DNA of 64,000 nucleotides from Paramecium tetraurelia. Lineage: Eukaryota. This document shows positions 41,318-59,640 of the stretch, piece after piece. The stretch lies in assembly GCA_000165425.1 (NCBI GenBank), contig CT868016.1:1-64000 (forward strand), read 5' to 3'. Position numbers and translations under genes: made by a program. The notes under the pieces were generated by a model that searched no databases, had not been told where the DNA came from, and saw only the letters and a program-made list of their open reading frames with translations. Position 1 is the first letter of the stretch; each line of letters starts with the position of its first letter.

Positions 41318-41797
41318 ATGGCTAACAAAGATCCATCGAAGGGTGTAGAGGATGATATTTTGCATCATCTTGAAAGAAATGCTAACATCTATACACAAAC
41401 TTAGGATTAACTTAACAATAAACTATATGATTAAACACCCTACATGATTCCAACCCAAAACATTTCTCCATAAATTTCAAGTCTTCGAGAAATAAAATTA
41501 GTCAATTCTCTGCTTGAAAATGGAGACGGTAAAATCCATCCTGTCAAACTCATTTGCCAGAATTGCAAGAAATAAGTATATATTTAATAATACAATTGTT
41601 AAAAGGTTCAAACAAAATTAAGCAGAAGAGTTGGGAGTGGTGCATATTTGGTTTCATGTATTCTCCTTCTATGTTCTTTTGGAATCTGCTGTTTGGCATG
41701 TTTACCTTGTTATGTAGATGATTGCAAGGACATTATCCATCTTTGTCCGGATTGTCAACATCAGAATGGATCAACGCCATACTCTGTTTTTTAATGA
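41318..41797 (+). CDS. LITAF-like zinc ribbon protein
   Basis: PVKLICQNCKKQVQTKL..hydrophobic stretch..LPCYVDDCKDIIHLCPDCQHQNG; one 30-nt intron. Confidence 0.9.
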
Positions 41798-41822
41798 CAT
41801 ATCATATATATATATTTATTAT

Positions 41823-44468
41823 ATGTCAACTTCATATTTTAATTTGAAATGGAGACAGTCCATCAATTAACTTATGGAGGCCTTATAGATAGAAATGGAT
41901 CCCTTGGTTGAGAACCAGATCAAGCAAAATCTAAAACTAGTAAGGCCTGATTAAGAGTGGTTTGTATACTATGGCAAATTATACCTATTTTATGTTGATG
42001 CATATAAATCACTTGAAACCTGTTATGATTAATTGTTACATCCCTAAAAAAGACGTTTATTAAAGAAGATGCTTGAAAATACCATGTTAAGATAAATTCA
42101 AATCAAGCAGGTACGATAATGATTTTAAATATGTAGGCTATGATATTCTATTCAACTTAAGGAAATGTGATAAGATCAGATTTTGTAAATTTGCATTAGG
42201 TAATATTTGATGAAAAGAGACTCATAGAAGATACTGAAGTTACTTTACCTCATTATTTTTCAGATGAATAAAATAGAAAACTTGCTTATCGTAAATAGAT
42301 GCTTAATCATTTTTTGAATGAATTTCATGATACCACCTAACCAGAGGAAGAAGTATTAGTAGACAAAGCTGTATTGGAAAATATTGAATAAGCTATATGG
42401 TTTATATAAAAGAACGAGAGAGGAAGACAAGGTATTGAGAGGGTGCTTTTAGCAAAATAATTGAAAAAGCAGGATTTGAAGAAACAGGAGAAACAAAAGA
42501 AATTGCAAGAAGGGTTAGAAGTGCATGATTCTACTGAGAGAGAAGAAGCCATAACAACGATCTAAAAATATTATAGAGGATTTAAAGCCAGGGAAATAGT
42601 TTGGGATTTAAGAGAGCAGGAATCACTATTTCTGGGATTTACATTGGAAAAACAATTACAAGAAACTGATGCTTATAAGACATATCATTTGTAGAGAGAG
42701 AAGATGAAAGAGAAGCAATAGGAAAGATTATAAGAGTATAAAACTGCCTTAGTTGAAGCAAGGGATAATTTGATGAATGATTGGTAAGATGATATCTAAA
42801 ATTAAATGTTGGCTGAAAGAAGAAGATGGTATATGAGTGAAGTCCAGAAAGCAGAAGGTAAATTAGTGCCACCAAAAGTTGCTTAATTTTATAAAAAAGA
42901 TTAAGTGAGATTGCCGTTGACGGAGGAAGAATAAGAAATGATGGATTTGTTGGATAAGGAAAAGAAAGCAGCTAAGAAAAATAAGGGAAAAAAAAAGAAG
43001 AAGAAGAAACAAGAAGATGAGGATATTAGAGTAGAATAAGGGCCTACTGAAGCTATTGTAAAGATGCAAGATTTAATTGAAAAACATAATCATGAATGGA
43101 GAAATGATTAATTAAATCCTTATTAAAAGCATGAAAATTCGTTATTAAAGGGAGAAATTGCAAAAGGAGTTGAAAAATAAATAAGAGAAGTAGTGGATGA
43201 AATGATTGACATGGAGTTAATCAATTTAAGAATTGCATTGAAGGCAAAGAAAATGAAATATCCAAAAAAAAAGAAATCTAAAAAAAAGAAAGCAAAACCA
43301 GCTGCAAAAGCAGAAGAAGATGATCTGTTAGAAGAAGGAGAAATTAATTTTGGTTTCAGAAGTGTCGCAAAGAAGAAGAAAAAGAAATTCCCAGGAGATA
43401 AGGGAACAGCAAAAAAAGATCCTAGAGATATGTTGGCTGAATTGATTGAATCAGGTATAGCTAAGAAATTGGAACCAGCAAAAATTTCAGATCTCATTGG
43501 AAATTGTAATCCTTTAAGATAAAAATAAGAAATGCTATAAGAATAAGTAGCTGATCCCTCAATTTATGATTTAAGGCAGGTTTTAGTATAATTTATTGGA
43601 ATGCCATTAGGATCTCAATATATTAAGGATAATGTCAAAGAAAGTAACTATGTCTTATTCTATGGGCCACATGGGTCAGGTAAAACACATGCAGTTAGGG
43701 CATTATAAACTGAATGTGATGCTTTGATTCTAGACTTATCGCCTGCCAATATAGAAAATAAATACTAAGATAAACCTGATTATTTGTTATCATTAGCATT
43801 TAAAACTGCTGCCTGTTTCTAGCCTGCTATTATATATATTGATGAAATTGAACGAATTTTCAAAGGAAAGAAAAAGAAGAAGAAGGGTGATTAATAGCCA
43901 TCATCTGCAGGAGGAATGAATTGGGTTAAATTGAGAAAATATTTGTTGAAATATGGAAAGTACTTCACTGAAAAGTAGAAAGAAAATGTTACCATAATTG
44001 GTTGTAGTTATGCTCCTTGGAATGCAAATAAAAAACAATTGAAATCATTTTTCAAACGAAGAGTCTATTTCCCTTGTCCAAATTATGCTACAAGAATAAT
44101 GATATTCTAGAGGTTTTTTGATGAACGAAAGATTTAACTGCATCCCAATTTCCCCTTGAGCTCCTTGGCTCATGCTACAGAAGGATTTACTGCAGGAAAT
44201 GTATTACATTTAATATATTTTTTAGATCAAAGAAGCTCTCAGAAAGATATTGACAGAGAGACGATTATTTTTATCTGCTGAAATACCATATCGAATAAGT
44301 GAATTTGTCGATCCGTTAGCCGTGCAATAATCTACGTTTTTGTAACAATATCAAGAGTTTCGTAAATTGCATGATGATCTCTCTGGGAATAAAGCAAGAA
44401 TTGATAAACTCAAAAAACCAGCTGATGATGAAAAAGGAAAGAAGAAGCCTGCCAAAAAAAAGAAATGA
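41823..44468 (+). CDS. IQCA1: IQ and AAA domain protein (dynein regulatory complex subunit 11)
   Basis: YDQLLHPQKRRLLK; IQ motif AIQTIQKYYRGFKAR; Walker A YGPHGSGKT; Walker B IIYIDEIE; Lys-rich linkers; two introns. Confidence 0.9.
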
Positions 44469-45731
44469 CTAATATTATCATTATTTAATAGTAATTTACT
44501 CAAAAATGAAAGTATAACTAACTATTTTTCGTATTAAAGTCTTTTATAAATAATTCACAAACTTATTCTAACTCGATTCAATTAGAAAAACGGATAGAAT
44601 TGTGTCATAAGAGACTAATAATATGAAAAATATAATATTTAGCGGCAGACCTACATACATTTAGAATACAGTTTCTAGATATACTATTATTTTATTTTAT
44701 TCTAGATTCAGAAGGTTTTATTAACTAAATTATATTTATATATTTTAATAATGTAAATGCTCTAAAGTTTAATTCAATAATATTAAGGAATCTATAATTA
44801 GTAATTGATTGATTGTAATAAAAATAAATTGGTGATTCAAAAAATTACATAACTTTATCATCCTTACTAAAAGGGGTTGGCCAAGATTTGATAATCTCGA
44901 AAAGGAAATTAATGTATGAATTTCGAAATAGACAATTTATTTTAAGTAAGAAAAAAAATCAAGTGGAAAATGAATAATAAACAAGATCACATATAGAAAT
45001 TGAATAGGACTATACTAATTCAACTCATGGCAAATATCATTGCTATAAGAACAAATGAAATGAATTTAGATCTTTAAATCTAACTCAAAAGTATTAACTT
45101 TGATTTAATTTAAAACAAAATATTTATTCAATTCTAAACTCCTAGATTTTATAATTATAAATAATTTCATTCAGCAATGTTGATTTCTTAACCCTCAATC
45201 ATCAAACAAGGATACAAGTTCTTAGTATCCTTAAATCTCGTTTCCTATTCAGATTTATTAAAGCTTTATAATAATCTCAGTGGTTGAAATTTACCCCATC
45301 ATAATCTTTTGATTCACAAAGATAGTAATTTTTTCATTCTTTTGAAATTTAAGATTAGTTTTACCTTGTTTTCTGAAGGTGAATCTTTGGAAAAAGCAAA
45401 GTAGTTATTACATAATAAATTTATATTTATCTTTTTGCAAAAGCTATACTAAACCCCATTAGTCTACTTGTAATTTAGGATGCTTATTTAAGTCAGAATA
45501 ACTAATTTTTAATTTTGTACTCAATCTCTTATCTTATTCAAGGCATTTATAAATAACTGTAGCCGCATTTATCCATCTCTCTAAGTATAATTCTAGATGA
45601 TTAAACACTATGTACATAAAAAATATTTACTTCTTCTTATACAATAAGAGTAGACATGAGTCAAATATTATAAACAATACAAAAATTAATTTTAGATAAG
45701 TATTATACATTTGATTATATAATTTTATCAC

Positions 45732-46730
45732 TCACTTAAGTAATTTGAATTTCTAAAAGCAACTATTGCAGATATCAAAATCGCAAGATCGGTCACTGTA
45801 AACAGAGTCATGTTTTGAATAAATGTTCAGTCTACAGAAATCGCATTTCAAACCAAACGAAGGCTAGCATATAAATAACAAGTACTTTCTACGTAAACTA
45901 TAGAATATGATTAGCAGGACAAATGTTTCCATTGAATTCTGGCAACTTACATCTCTAGCAGTACCCTACTCTGCAAATTTCACAAACATATCTTATATTC
46001 TCATTTGCATATTTGCAAGACTCACATTAGATTCCTTGTTTAGGATAAATCCATTTCAATTCATGTCCTTGAAAACATTTTGGTTTTTTGGGTCCTTTTT
46101 AGGAATCTTCTAATTTAGTAAGTCTTGAAACCAAATCCATTATAACTTAATCAGTTGTCTTTTAATAAGCTTAGAAGTTCGCTTCTTACAATTTCAATTT
46201 CTAAAGTAAATGGACTAGACAATCATGTTCTTAATTGACTTTATATGTTGCATCACATTTCTAACAATTTTATACTCTGTGTTCACAAATTTATTCATGA
46301 TGCTTTATTTATTTTTAAATGTCTTTAAAATCACAATCAGCAAATTAACATTGTTTTTCTTAGTACTCACATTGTTGCAGATGGGAATCTATATTCTAAA
46401 TTTACATTTATAGATCACAGCCTTTATTTACACATTTTACTTCTATTTAAGAAATTTAGTTTTTGACTATGCGATGAGGATTCTTCAATTCAATTTCCTT
46501 ACTGCAATTATAAGGGCAACTCTCTATAAAATTGAATATTTGATAATACTTCTCTTTTCTAGCCACTATGTAATGCATTCTGAACAAAATAGATTTTGGC
46601 ATTAACTGCACTCCTTAGGATCAACAACTAATTCTTAACATATTAAACACAATAAATTTTAATCTATAGTATTAGGATTAACGATTAAATCTCTTAATAT
46701 TGACGATGAGGAAATTATGGAAGGATTCAT
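45732..46730 (-). CDS. RING / TRAF-type zinc finger / Cys-His domain protein, paralog of 38008-39112
   Basis: CLICQELVVDPKECSQCQNLFCSEC..CPYNC; CVNKGC..HLQQCEY; C-terminal SDRSCDFDICNSCF. Confidence 0.88.
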
Positions 46731-47021
46731 TGATTTTAAAAATTATTTATTAATAAAACCACTTTGTATTATAGAAAACATTTCAATTATAGTAAACTGA
46801 ATTATTTAAAACACTTAAAATTCTAATAGATTTACATATCAATAAAATTAAAGCAAAAATAGAGATAGCTGATTTAAATAAGGGTACATTTGAGAAAAAT
46901 CAAATTATATGGGATATATATCAATGATAGATTATTAATACGATAATTGACATATAAGTGTTTAATTCCACTTAAAAGAATTAATCAATACTTTTAAATT
47001 AAATAAACAAATATTTATTAA

Positions 47022-48446
47022 TCAATTAAACTAAAGCACTTAAATTGAGGAATCATTTAATCCTAAGAAACAAATTCGTTGGTAAGTATGAATAGATGTC
47101 ACTAATGGATAACGACCTATTTAAGAGTGTTCTTTCCATTATTTTTCTTATTACCAAATTTTAATAATCTTATCATCATCTGTAGATATAAGATATCCTC
47201 CTACATAATCTATAAAGTTGATATAGGAATTGTGATCGTAAATAGTTTAGATACAACTATAATCTCCATTTTTCAATTCCATCCATATTTTAATCTATTT
47301 ATCCCAACCACCTGAAACTAGGTATGATTCATTTATAAATTTAAGTGCCTTGATACAATCAAAATGACTTTCTAATTTAATGTTAAACTTTTCTTTTCTA
47401 ATTCTAATAATTCCATCAATTTATCCTATTGCAATTTAAGAATAATCCTTATTACAGTCAATGCTAGTAATTTCAACTTTATTCTTTAATTCACTTACAC
47501 ATGTGGTGTCATTCCAGAATGCCAGAACCTTATCACTATTGATTGAGGCAAATGAATTTTAATATCTTATTAATTGAAGAATTGTAGATTTGGTATTAAT
47601 TTTATTTTTTACTTCAATTCTGGGTCCAGTTAGATTCCAAATAACTAAAGATTTATCAATTGCAGTTGAAATTAAGGTATCATTTATAATTAGAAGGGCA
47701 GAGATTCTATCGGAATGAGCAGAAAGTTCTTAGATGAATTATTTTGCCCTAAGATCAAATTGCAATATTTTGATGTCCTAATCAGCTGAAAATAACCATT
47801 TCATTTTATCATAATAAGCCATAGATTTTACTGATTAAACCTTGGTATTGAGTTTAAATAATTCCTTATAATTTTTATGAGTATTTTTATGATTGCTTGT
47901 CTATTGAGTTAAGTCAATTTCTTCTTTCTTTAAAGAATTGATTTACGAACTGATACTATCAAAGCAGTCATTCATATGATGTTAAGATTTCGAAATTATT
48001 TTATTGAATCTAATATGGATTGCATTTTAAGATTTAATTTTATATTTTTATTGGTGAATGTCATATTGGCAATTCTCATGTAATACTTAAGCTATTTATT
48101 TGTGGTCTTTAGAATCCAAAAGTTCTTGTTGTGGATCTGATTGAATAATTAAATCGAAAACTACAGAAATTTGATCATAAAGCGATTTCAATTGACTGTA
48201 TAACTGATTAATAGTTTGCTCAAGTTAATCGAGGATTTCTGATTTATATTGTTTTAATCCAGATTGTTTTAATTAATCTATTAATTGTGTGGCTTATTCG
48301 AAATTAAGATATCTTTATTCTCCAAAGTATCCCTTGCTGAGAGAAGGGATGCAACGAGAACAAATAGGTCTTACAGTATCAGAATTCTCTATATTATATC
48401 CCACATATATCTCTTTGTGAGTAGGACATTGCTGTATAGGATTCAT
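47022..48446 (-). CDS. WD40-repeat protein with N-terminal CPTH..CSRC motif and coiled coil (474 aa)
   Basis: MNPIQQCPTHKEIYVG..ICSRC; AHSDRISAL, STAIDKSLVIW, SHFDCIKAL; intronless, 3n. Confidence 0.85.
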
Positions 48447-48902
48447 AATTTATATAATATTAATAAGTATAATAAATAAAAAGGAAAGATTAAGGTTAGC
48501 AGAAAAATGAGGAGTAGATCAATACGAGGTTGATTAAGGTAAGATGAAGGATTTGGAGAGAGAAGATATTGCTAGATATTAAAGACAATTAGATCTAGAT
48601 ATTACAGAGGAATAATTAATTAATAACTGCAGTGATTACTAAAATTTAATGGAAATTAAGCATTAATAATAATTAATTTGATGCCATAAAGTATTTTGTG
48701 CTAGGTAAAATCGATTATGCTATTTCAGAATTATTTGATTCTGTGATTATTAATGTCATTCATAACAAATTAGATTTGACATAGAATAATAAGTTATTTA
48801 CTAAGGTTAAAAAAAAATAGAGGAACTGAGATGGAGCAAACTTGAAGAAATGCAACTGCATAGAGGAGAATGTGAATATAAAAATATTAAAATCTTTTAA
48901 TT

Positions 48903-51900
48903 ATGATAAAATATTTATAGAGATCTCTCTTTAGAATTTGTTAGGAGTATGAATATCTCAAATCTAAGTAAATATTCAAGTAATAGCTTGAATAATTTAA
49001 GAAGGCTCTAAATAAAGGTATGTTGAATCCATCTATATTTAATAGCAATCTAATTACAAAAATAAATTGATCAAAATACTCAAGCTGCCTTCAAAATGTA
49101 AAATCATGCTTTCTTTACATCTAATGTGCCTGCTAAAACTATTTTGGCTGCATTTTTGTAGAAAAGAGAATACTCAAATGAAGAAATTGTTGGATTAACA
49201 TTTGTTTAATTAGGTCATGCAATAAAAGGAAGAGGAGATAGATCCTACTTTGATCATAAATCGGTTGAATCTTCCATGGGATTCGATGTCCTAATTAAAG
49301 ACTTATTAAATTTGAATGATTATAGAGTTTTAGCTGAAGCAATTCATGGATTGGCTCTCACAGGAGTAGATTTACATAGCGAATAAATTGTTGATAAGGC
49401 ATTTTAATAATTGGATGCCAAATAGTTAAATTCTGAAGAAAAATAATTAATTGAAGCATTTATATTAGATATCTTTGAAGAAAAATAAGATGTGCCTATG
49501 AACAATTTCATTTATGATGTTGAAAAATTGATTGAAGAAACACAATCTGATATCTTCTATGTTTTGGAAGCAATCGTAGAAATCAGAAGAGTTTATTTAA
49601 AATTACTTGATATCTAAAAATCTGATTGGATTCACATCAATACGAATATTAAAATGATGGAATTTGAAGAAGCTTTAATATCCACAGGTCTGTTGCATCC
49701 TGCTGAAGTTGAAAAGGAAGATATCTCATTATCATTAGAAACTGCACTTTCATATATTTCAGGAAGAGACCCAAATCTAATGGCATTTATCATTTCTCTA
49801 TTAGAAATACAATTAATTCATAGAGATCAAACAAAACCCATTGAACCAAAGTTATCTGATTTTGGAGATTTGATGGTAGCAGTGTCTGAATACAAAGGAC
49901 ATCAAATTGCAGAAAGATTAAAGAATGCATAATCTCTATTGGTTCATTCAGATAAATATAAGTTAGCAAAGGCATTTGCTAATGCTGGTCTCAATGTTGA
50001 AAGCAGAGAGTATTTAGCTTAAGTTACTGATGAAGAACTTCTTAATTCGGTAGATTCATTACATCTTCATTTATAATTGAATAAAACAGATAGACAATTC
50101 CCATAGCCTGAGAATTTATCTATCCTCTCTTTAGATGAACTAATTGCCTATGCTACATATTTGGCTTTGTAAAACCAAAACTATGGATTGTTCATTGAAG
50201 AACTCAAATTCAGAGTTAAGAATTTGAATACAATTAGAGATTTGAATGAAAAATAACAAGAAAGAATCAATGTATTAGAAAAACACTCTGGACAGAAGTT
50301 AATTTATGAAGAGAAGGACATTAATCGTACTGAAGTATATAAGGCCATTAAAGAGACTTTACCTAAGTCAGTGTAATTGATTGAGATTTATGATCTGAGT
50401 GTCAATAATGAAATAAATGGATATGCTTAATTAAGAGTAGGTTCATAGCCATATATGACGTTATATGATTTCTTAGGTAAAGATAAGGAACAATTCAAGT
50501 AGAAATTGCAATTGGCATTTAATCTAGAAAATTCTGATATCATCTTATTTAATAAAATTAAGGACAGATTGGAAAGTGTCTAAATAGAAGAAAATAGTAA
50601 ATAATTGAGTTCATAAACAATCTTTAATGCATAATGGTAATATTTGAAGAAAAGAGCATTGAATTATTTAAATAAGAATGATAATTTAAATAAGTTGAAA
50701 TTGAAATAAACTTTACTTGATTTATAAGAGAGATTGAAAATATTGAATTAGAATAATGTATTCTAAGATTTGATTGATGAAATTAAAATTCAACCAATCA
50801 ATTTTCCAAAATGGTATGGAATGATCCCATCTTAATCAATATATAATCCTTAATCCTCTATTTAAGGATTCAAGGCTAGTTTGATTAGTAATAGAATTTA
50901 TGATCCCGCTTATTGTCCAGACTAAGACTTATATAAGAGATTGGAAGATAATGGTTTTATTTCAAATATGATTCCAATTCCACATTCCGATAAACGTAGA
51001 TAATAGATAGTTGTTCAATCGTATTCGCTTGCTTGGAAGAAACATTCAGCTAAGAAGTCAGATGAGGAATTAGAACAACTTAATCAATTATATAAATTCT
51101 TATAGAAGGATTAAAAGGATCACCATAGTGATGCCAGTGATTTGTTCATTGCAAATCTATTGAATTTGAATGCAGAATTGAAATCTAAGAGTTTACCTGA
51201 AATTGCTGATTTTGTATTCAACATCAAATTTTGGGATAAATTGATTGAGGAGAGATTGTCAGCTTAAAAATCAACTAAGCCTGCTGGTATCTACTTATAA
51301 AGGGATCCAGAAGTTGTCTTACAAGAATAAATCAAATAATACAATCCATTTTTAACAACTCAATATCTACGGAAAAAATTGTAAGTCAACAAAACATTGG
51401 AAGATCTCATTAAAATGAGAAAGGAATTATTGATGAAGTTGTAAGAAGATGTCAAGAATAAAGAAATTAATAAATAATAAGCTAGAAGTATTGTTCGTAA
51501 AATTAACAGAATTCTTTATGATAAAATTTAAGATATTAAGGGTGAATTAAGAAGAAAACATTCCTCCCCCTATTACAAATAGAAAACTAACTATATCGAT
51601 ATTCTATTTAATGAAAGTGATATTGAGAAGTTAGATATCCAATAGACACCTGATAGATATCTTGATGTAGACTTATTGTATGGTATCGATTAATTTATTA
51701 CAAGAAAGAGATCAAGAGCAGAGGAAAAATTGATTACCTACTATTTGATGAACAAACAAATGGAAGGCAAATAATTAAATAAATAGGAATTATAATTCTT
51801 AGATTCTTTGAGTCTTTACTAACCAAATGTTTAAGTGACTCAATTAAGAATAAAGGACATGTAGTTTGATGATCTTATTCATTCAGATTTCAAACAATTT

Positions 51901-52606
51901 GGAGAATTCAGTGCCAGTGATCTATTATTATAATTGAGTTAATTATTTGATGATTAGTTGTTCTTGGATATTTTAAGTCACAAATATTACAAAAAATAAG
52001 GAATTTAACATCAATTTAGAAGAAGAGACAATTAATTGTATTTGTAATAATAGGAGAAATTAGTTTGGATTGAAGAGTCCAGATTAAATGATGTAGAATT
52101 AAAAGATCTTAAAGAAATGTTACAAATAGGCAATGCCTCAGATCAACATGTTGAATCATTGAATCAAACTGATTATCCTTTGTAGAATGTATATAGTTGG
52201 ATCCATGCTAAATCAGCTGAAAAGTTTGACTTATCACTTTTGGATTAACATAATTAGGAATTATGGAATAATATATTCAAATGTAAATATGAAAATACAA
52301 CCGAATAATAATTACATGATGTAGTCAATCTTTTGGTCGAAAGGTACTATATCTTATAATTTCATCCTGTTACCTATCTCAGATAGCTCTTAAAAATGAT
52401 CTTAACTCATCCCAATTTGTCTGCACTTGATAAAAAAGTAAAAATGTTCAATATATAAATTATAGAATCTTTAATGCTTGAAGAAGACTGTCGGTTTCAA
52501 TTCTGAGGATATTCTGGCTATTTCTAAATCTGAACCAGATGCCACTGTTCCATCCTATCTAAGTGAAATGTGCTATCCTTATGCTGAGAAATTAAGTATA
52601 ATTTGA
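48903..52606 (+). CDS. Large orphan helical protein (~1,215 aa), possible mitochondrial presequence
   Basis: Long open frame in code 6 with introns ~49018-49045 and ~52438-52465; N-terminus MIKYLQRSLFRIC; no recognised motif. Confidence 0.8.
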
Positions 52607-52777
52607 TGTACAAGAATTTATATTTAATAATAATAATTATTATTATTATTATTCATTTATACTCCAATTGTTATCACAGTAAATCGCAATTTAATATTAT
52701 AAAAAATATGTTTTTGTGGAATAATTATATTTATATAACTTAATTTGTCTTGAAATCTATATCAAATAATTATATTT

Positions 52778-56547
<3,770 letters not shown>

Positions 56548-56713
56548 TTCATTCTTAAAGATGATTTATTTAAATAAATCTTATTAAAATTGATTACAAG
56601 ATAATAATAAATTTATTAATTGGAATTAATAGTTATTATATAAATTTTAAAGGATAGTAGAAGATCAAATGGTCTTATAAAATAATTCATACAAGAGAAA
56701 TTGTTATAATTTT

Positions 56714-58653
56714 TCATGATTCTTCATAGAATGACCATCCTGTAATCTTATTTTTATTTTCATCAGTATCCATAAAGTTGATCCTCAATGGCACATTATT
56801 AAATGTTTGTTCTGTTGGTTTAGGTGGTTTTAATTTTCTATCATAACAATCCTTCCAATTGATCGTTGCTAACCAAGGATGTTCTCGAACTTCTTCACCA
56901 TCTAGATTAGCTCCCAATCTTTTGTTTGGATCTCTGTTTAACAGCTTATATATTAATGGTAATTTACAGCTACAATAAACTGTTTTGCTTCATTGGATAA
57001 GCTTCTTGGTATTTTTAATGGTCCTTTTCTGATATTATCAAACAATTATTCACGTTCATTGGCATAATATGGAGGAATACCAACCAATAATTCATAGGTC
57101 ATCACTCCTAATCCATACCAATCGGCCATTCTGTTGTGTCCCTATTTAGATAATATCTCAGGTGGTAAGTATGCAGGTGAACCACAGAATGATTTATTTA
57201 ATTCTTCATCAGTGACTCCTTTCTTTGACAATCCAAAGTCTGTTAATAGAGCATGTCCTTCCGAATCTAATACAACATTTTCTGGTTTCAAATCTCTAAA
57301 TATGATGTTGTTTTTATGTAAACATTCAATAGCTAATAATATTTCAGCCACATAAATTTTAGCATCTTCTTCTGGTAACTTCCTCTTTATATCAAGCAAT
57401 TTGGAGAGATCACCTCCAGGACAGAAATCCATAACCAAAAATAATTTAGATTCTGTTTGAAATGCATAATTCAATTTGACTATGAATGGATGATGCATTA
57501 CACTCAATACTTCCTTTTCTGTTTCTGCATATTTTAATAAGTTCTATGACATCATTCTTTCTTTCTTCAATATTTTCATTGCAAATAATTTCCTATTTTC
57601 TGATCCAATTTTATCCACTAAATATACTTCCCCAAAAGATCCTTTTCCCAATAGTTAATAAAAATTGAACATGTTTGGAGTCATCTTATGTTTCAAAAGA
57701 TTAACATTCTAAAATTTAGCCAGATTTTAGAATTTCGATATTTTCTTATTAGTATTGTTTTGGTTTGTAACTTAATTCTAAGCATTTGCAGTCTATCCTT
57801 CAGTTTGTTTCTCTTTAGTCATAAATTTCATCACGTGATCATACCTACTATTTCTTAAGAGGAAGTTAGTGCCTGGTATTATGGTACGTTCATAGCTCTT
57901 AATATAGATCAAGTTTAATTACTTCTTCATTGTGAGCGTACCCATATTTGATATAGATTTGTAAACTATTTGCATCACAACAAATCTGGATGCAATTCTA
58001 ATTGAAAGAGTTTCTTATATTCGGATCAGCCTTCTTCTCTAATAGAAAGGCTATCATATCTGTTGATCCCATTTAAGATGCAATATGCAAAGGAGTGTTG
58101 CCATCCTTATCCTAGCTATTGATATTGGCGTTATGTTGCAGCAAAACATTTGCACATTCTATGAAATTCTACATTACTGTCAAAAAGAAAGGGGTTCGTG
58201 AAAATTTGGTTAGTGCATCAACTGTTGCTCCATGTTTTATGAGGATGTCCACTATGTTCAAATTCCCTTCATTTGATGCAAAATGCAAGGCTGTCCAATC
58301 ATCCAGACCTCTTAATAGTTTAAATGAACTTATTATACTTTGTATCCACATCAAGGTAATATTCGATGGTAGGTATCAATAATGTCTCTATTGATTGTGC
58401 GTCCCCCAATTCTGCATAGTCCAAGAGGTGTTCATTCATTTTTTTGGTCAACAATCTATATAGTTATATTTTAGTACATAAAATCATTCCATGCCTAATC
58501 CTTGATAAAATTAACCGTATTACCATTCATTATTTCTTGGATTTCCTTGGCTTACTTAATAAATAGCAAATTTCATACCTCTGGAATTCGCATGTCAAAA
58601 ATTCTGCCTGAATCCTTATCAATCATATAAAACATCCTTTCTTGATTTGGCAT
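56714..58653 (-). CDS. Ankyrin-repeat AGC-family Ser/Thr kinase (start uncertain)
   Basis: Ankyrin DWTALHFASNEGN, GNTPLHIAS; kinase LGKGSFGEVY, FRDLKPEN, TDFGLSK, SFCGSPAYLPPE, DWYGLG; AGC tail ITGWSFY. Confidence 0.9.
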
Positions 58654-59640
58654 ATTGTAAAATTTCTATAATTAGTTTTCTTTATGTTATGTATATCGTA
58701 CTTCAAACACTTATTATAACATTGGAATTTAATCCCTTAAGGTAATAATCTCATTACATCATCAAGTCTATATTTTCAATCTGATTGTTGAAAACATCGC
58801 AATTTTCCATCGAATAAAACGTTTAGTTTGAGTATCGAGTTAGTCGACTTGGTCTAAATTCTGGTTGACCTTGAGGAATTTGCATAACCTTTATTTGTAA
58901 TCGTATATTAATTTTAAATTTAACTATTATAACACGTCACCAACCCCAGAAATAATAATAATATCCTTTTAATATCTCATATTTATAGTAAATCAACTCT
59001 TAAATTCATCTCCTTTGTAATAAGTCCTCATTATAAACAATATTTTAAATTGACATATTAATATAAAATGATATAATCTTTATGGAACTCTTGGGTCTTC
59101 CATAAATAACTAATATTAACTATTTGATCTAATGAAGTTTAAGTACTCACTTTAATACATGGTTGTTTCATTTTGGAGATATTGACAAATGTTTAATAAT
59201 AATTTTTTTCTTCATCTAACATAAATTTACTGTATCCTATCGATTATCATATGATTCTATACATTCCTTACTAAGTTTTAATAAATCTGCAACTTCAACT
59301 TCAATTTCAATCTTTTAGTCTAAACATTTTTGATCTATTTACTACTACAGTTTGATTTAGGTAGAAATTTAAAATAAAATAAAATTATAATTGAAATAAT
59401 AGAACCATTAATTTTTTATGCTTTAATTATTAAGGAAGCATTGTCCTCATTTATTTTTGTAAATTTACCAATAGAATGGATTTGAATTTCAAATTCAAGT
59501 ATTTTAAGATTAAAATAGTTTTAATACATCTTTTTCACAGAAATTTTTGATTTTATTAGAATAACAGATGAATAAATAAATGTAATTAGCATTTGAATGA
59601 ATTTTATAAAAATAATTGATGGAAAATTAATTATAAATAA

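Noticed and set aside
42337..43497. Minus-strand hydrophobic Phe-rich ORFs in the track
   Set aside because: Antisense shadows of Lys/Glu-rich IQCA1 coding sequence
58880..59110. EDPR and IQEL..EILKG fragments hinting at a PP2A B56 relic
   Set aside because: Too short and in different frames to support a family call without a search
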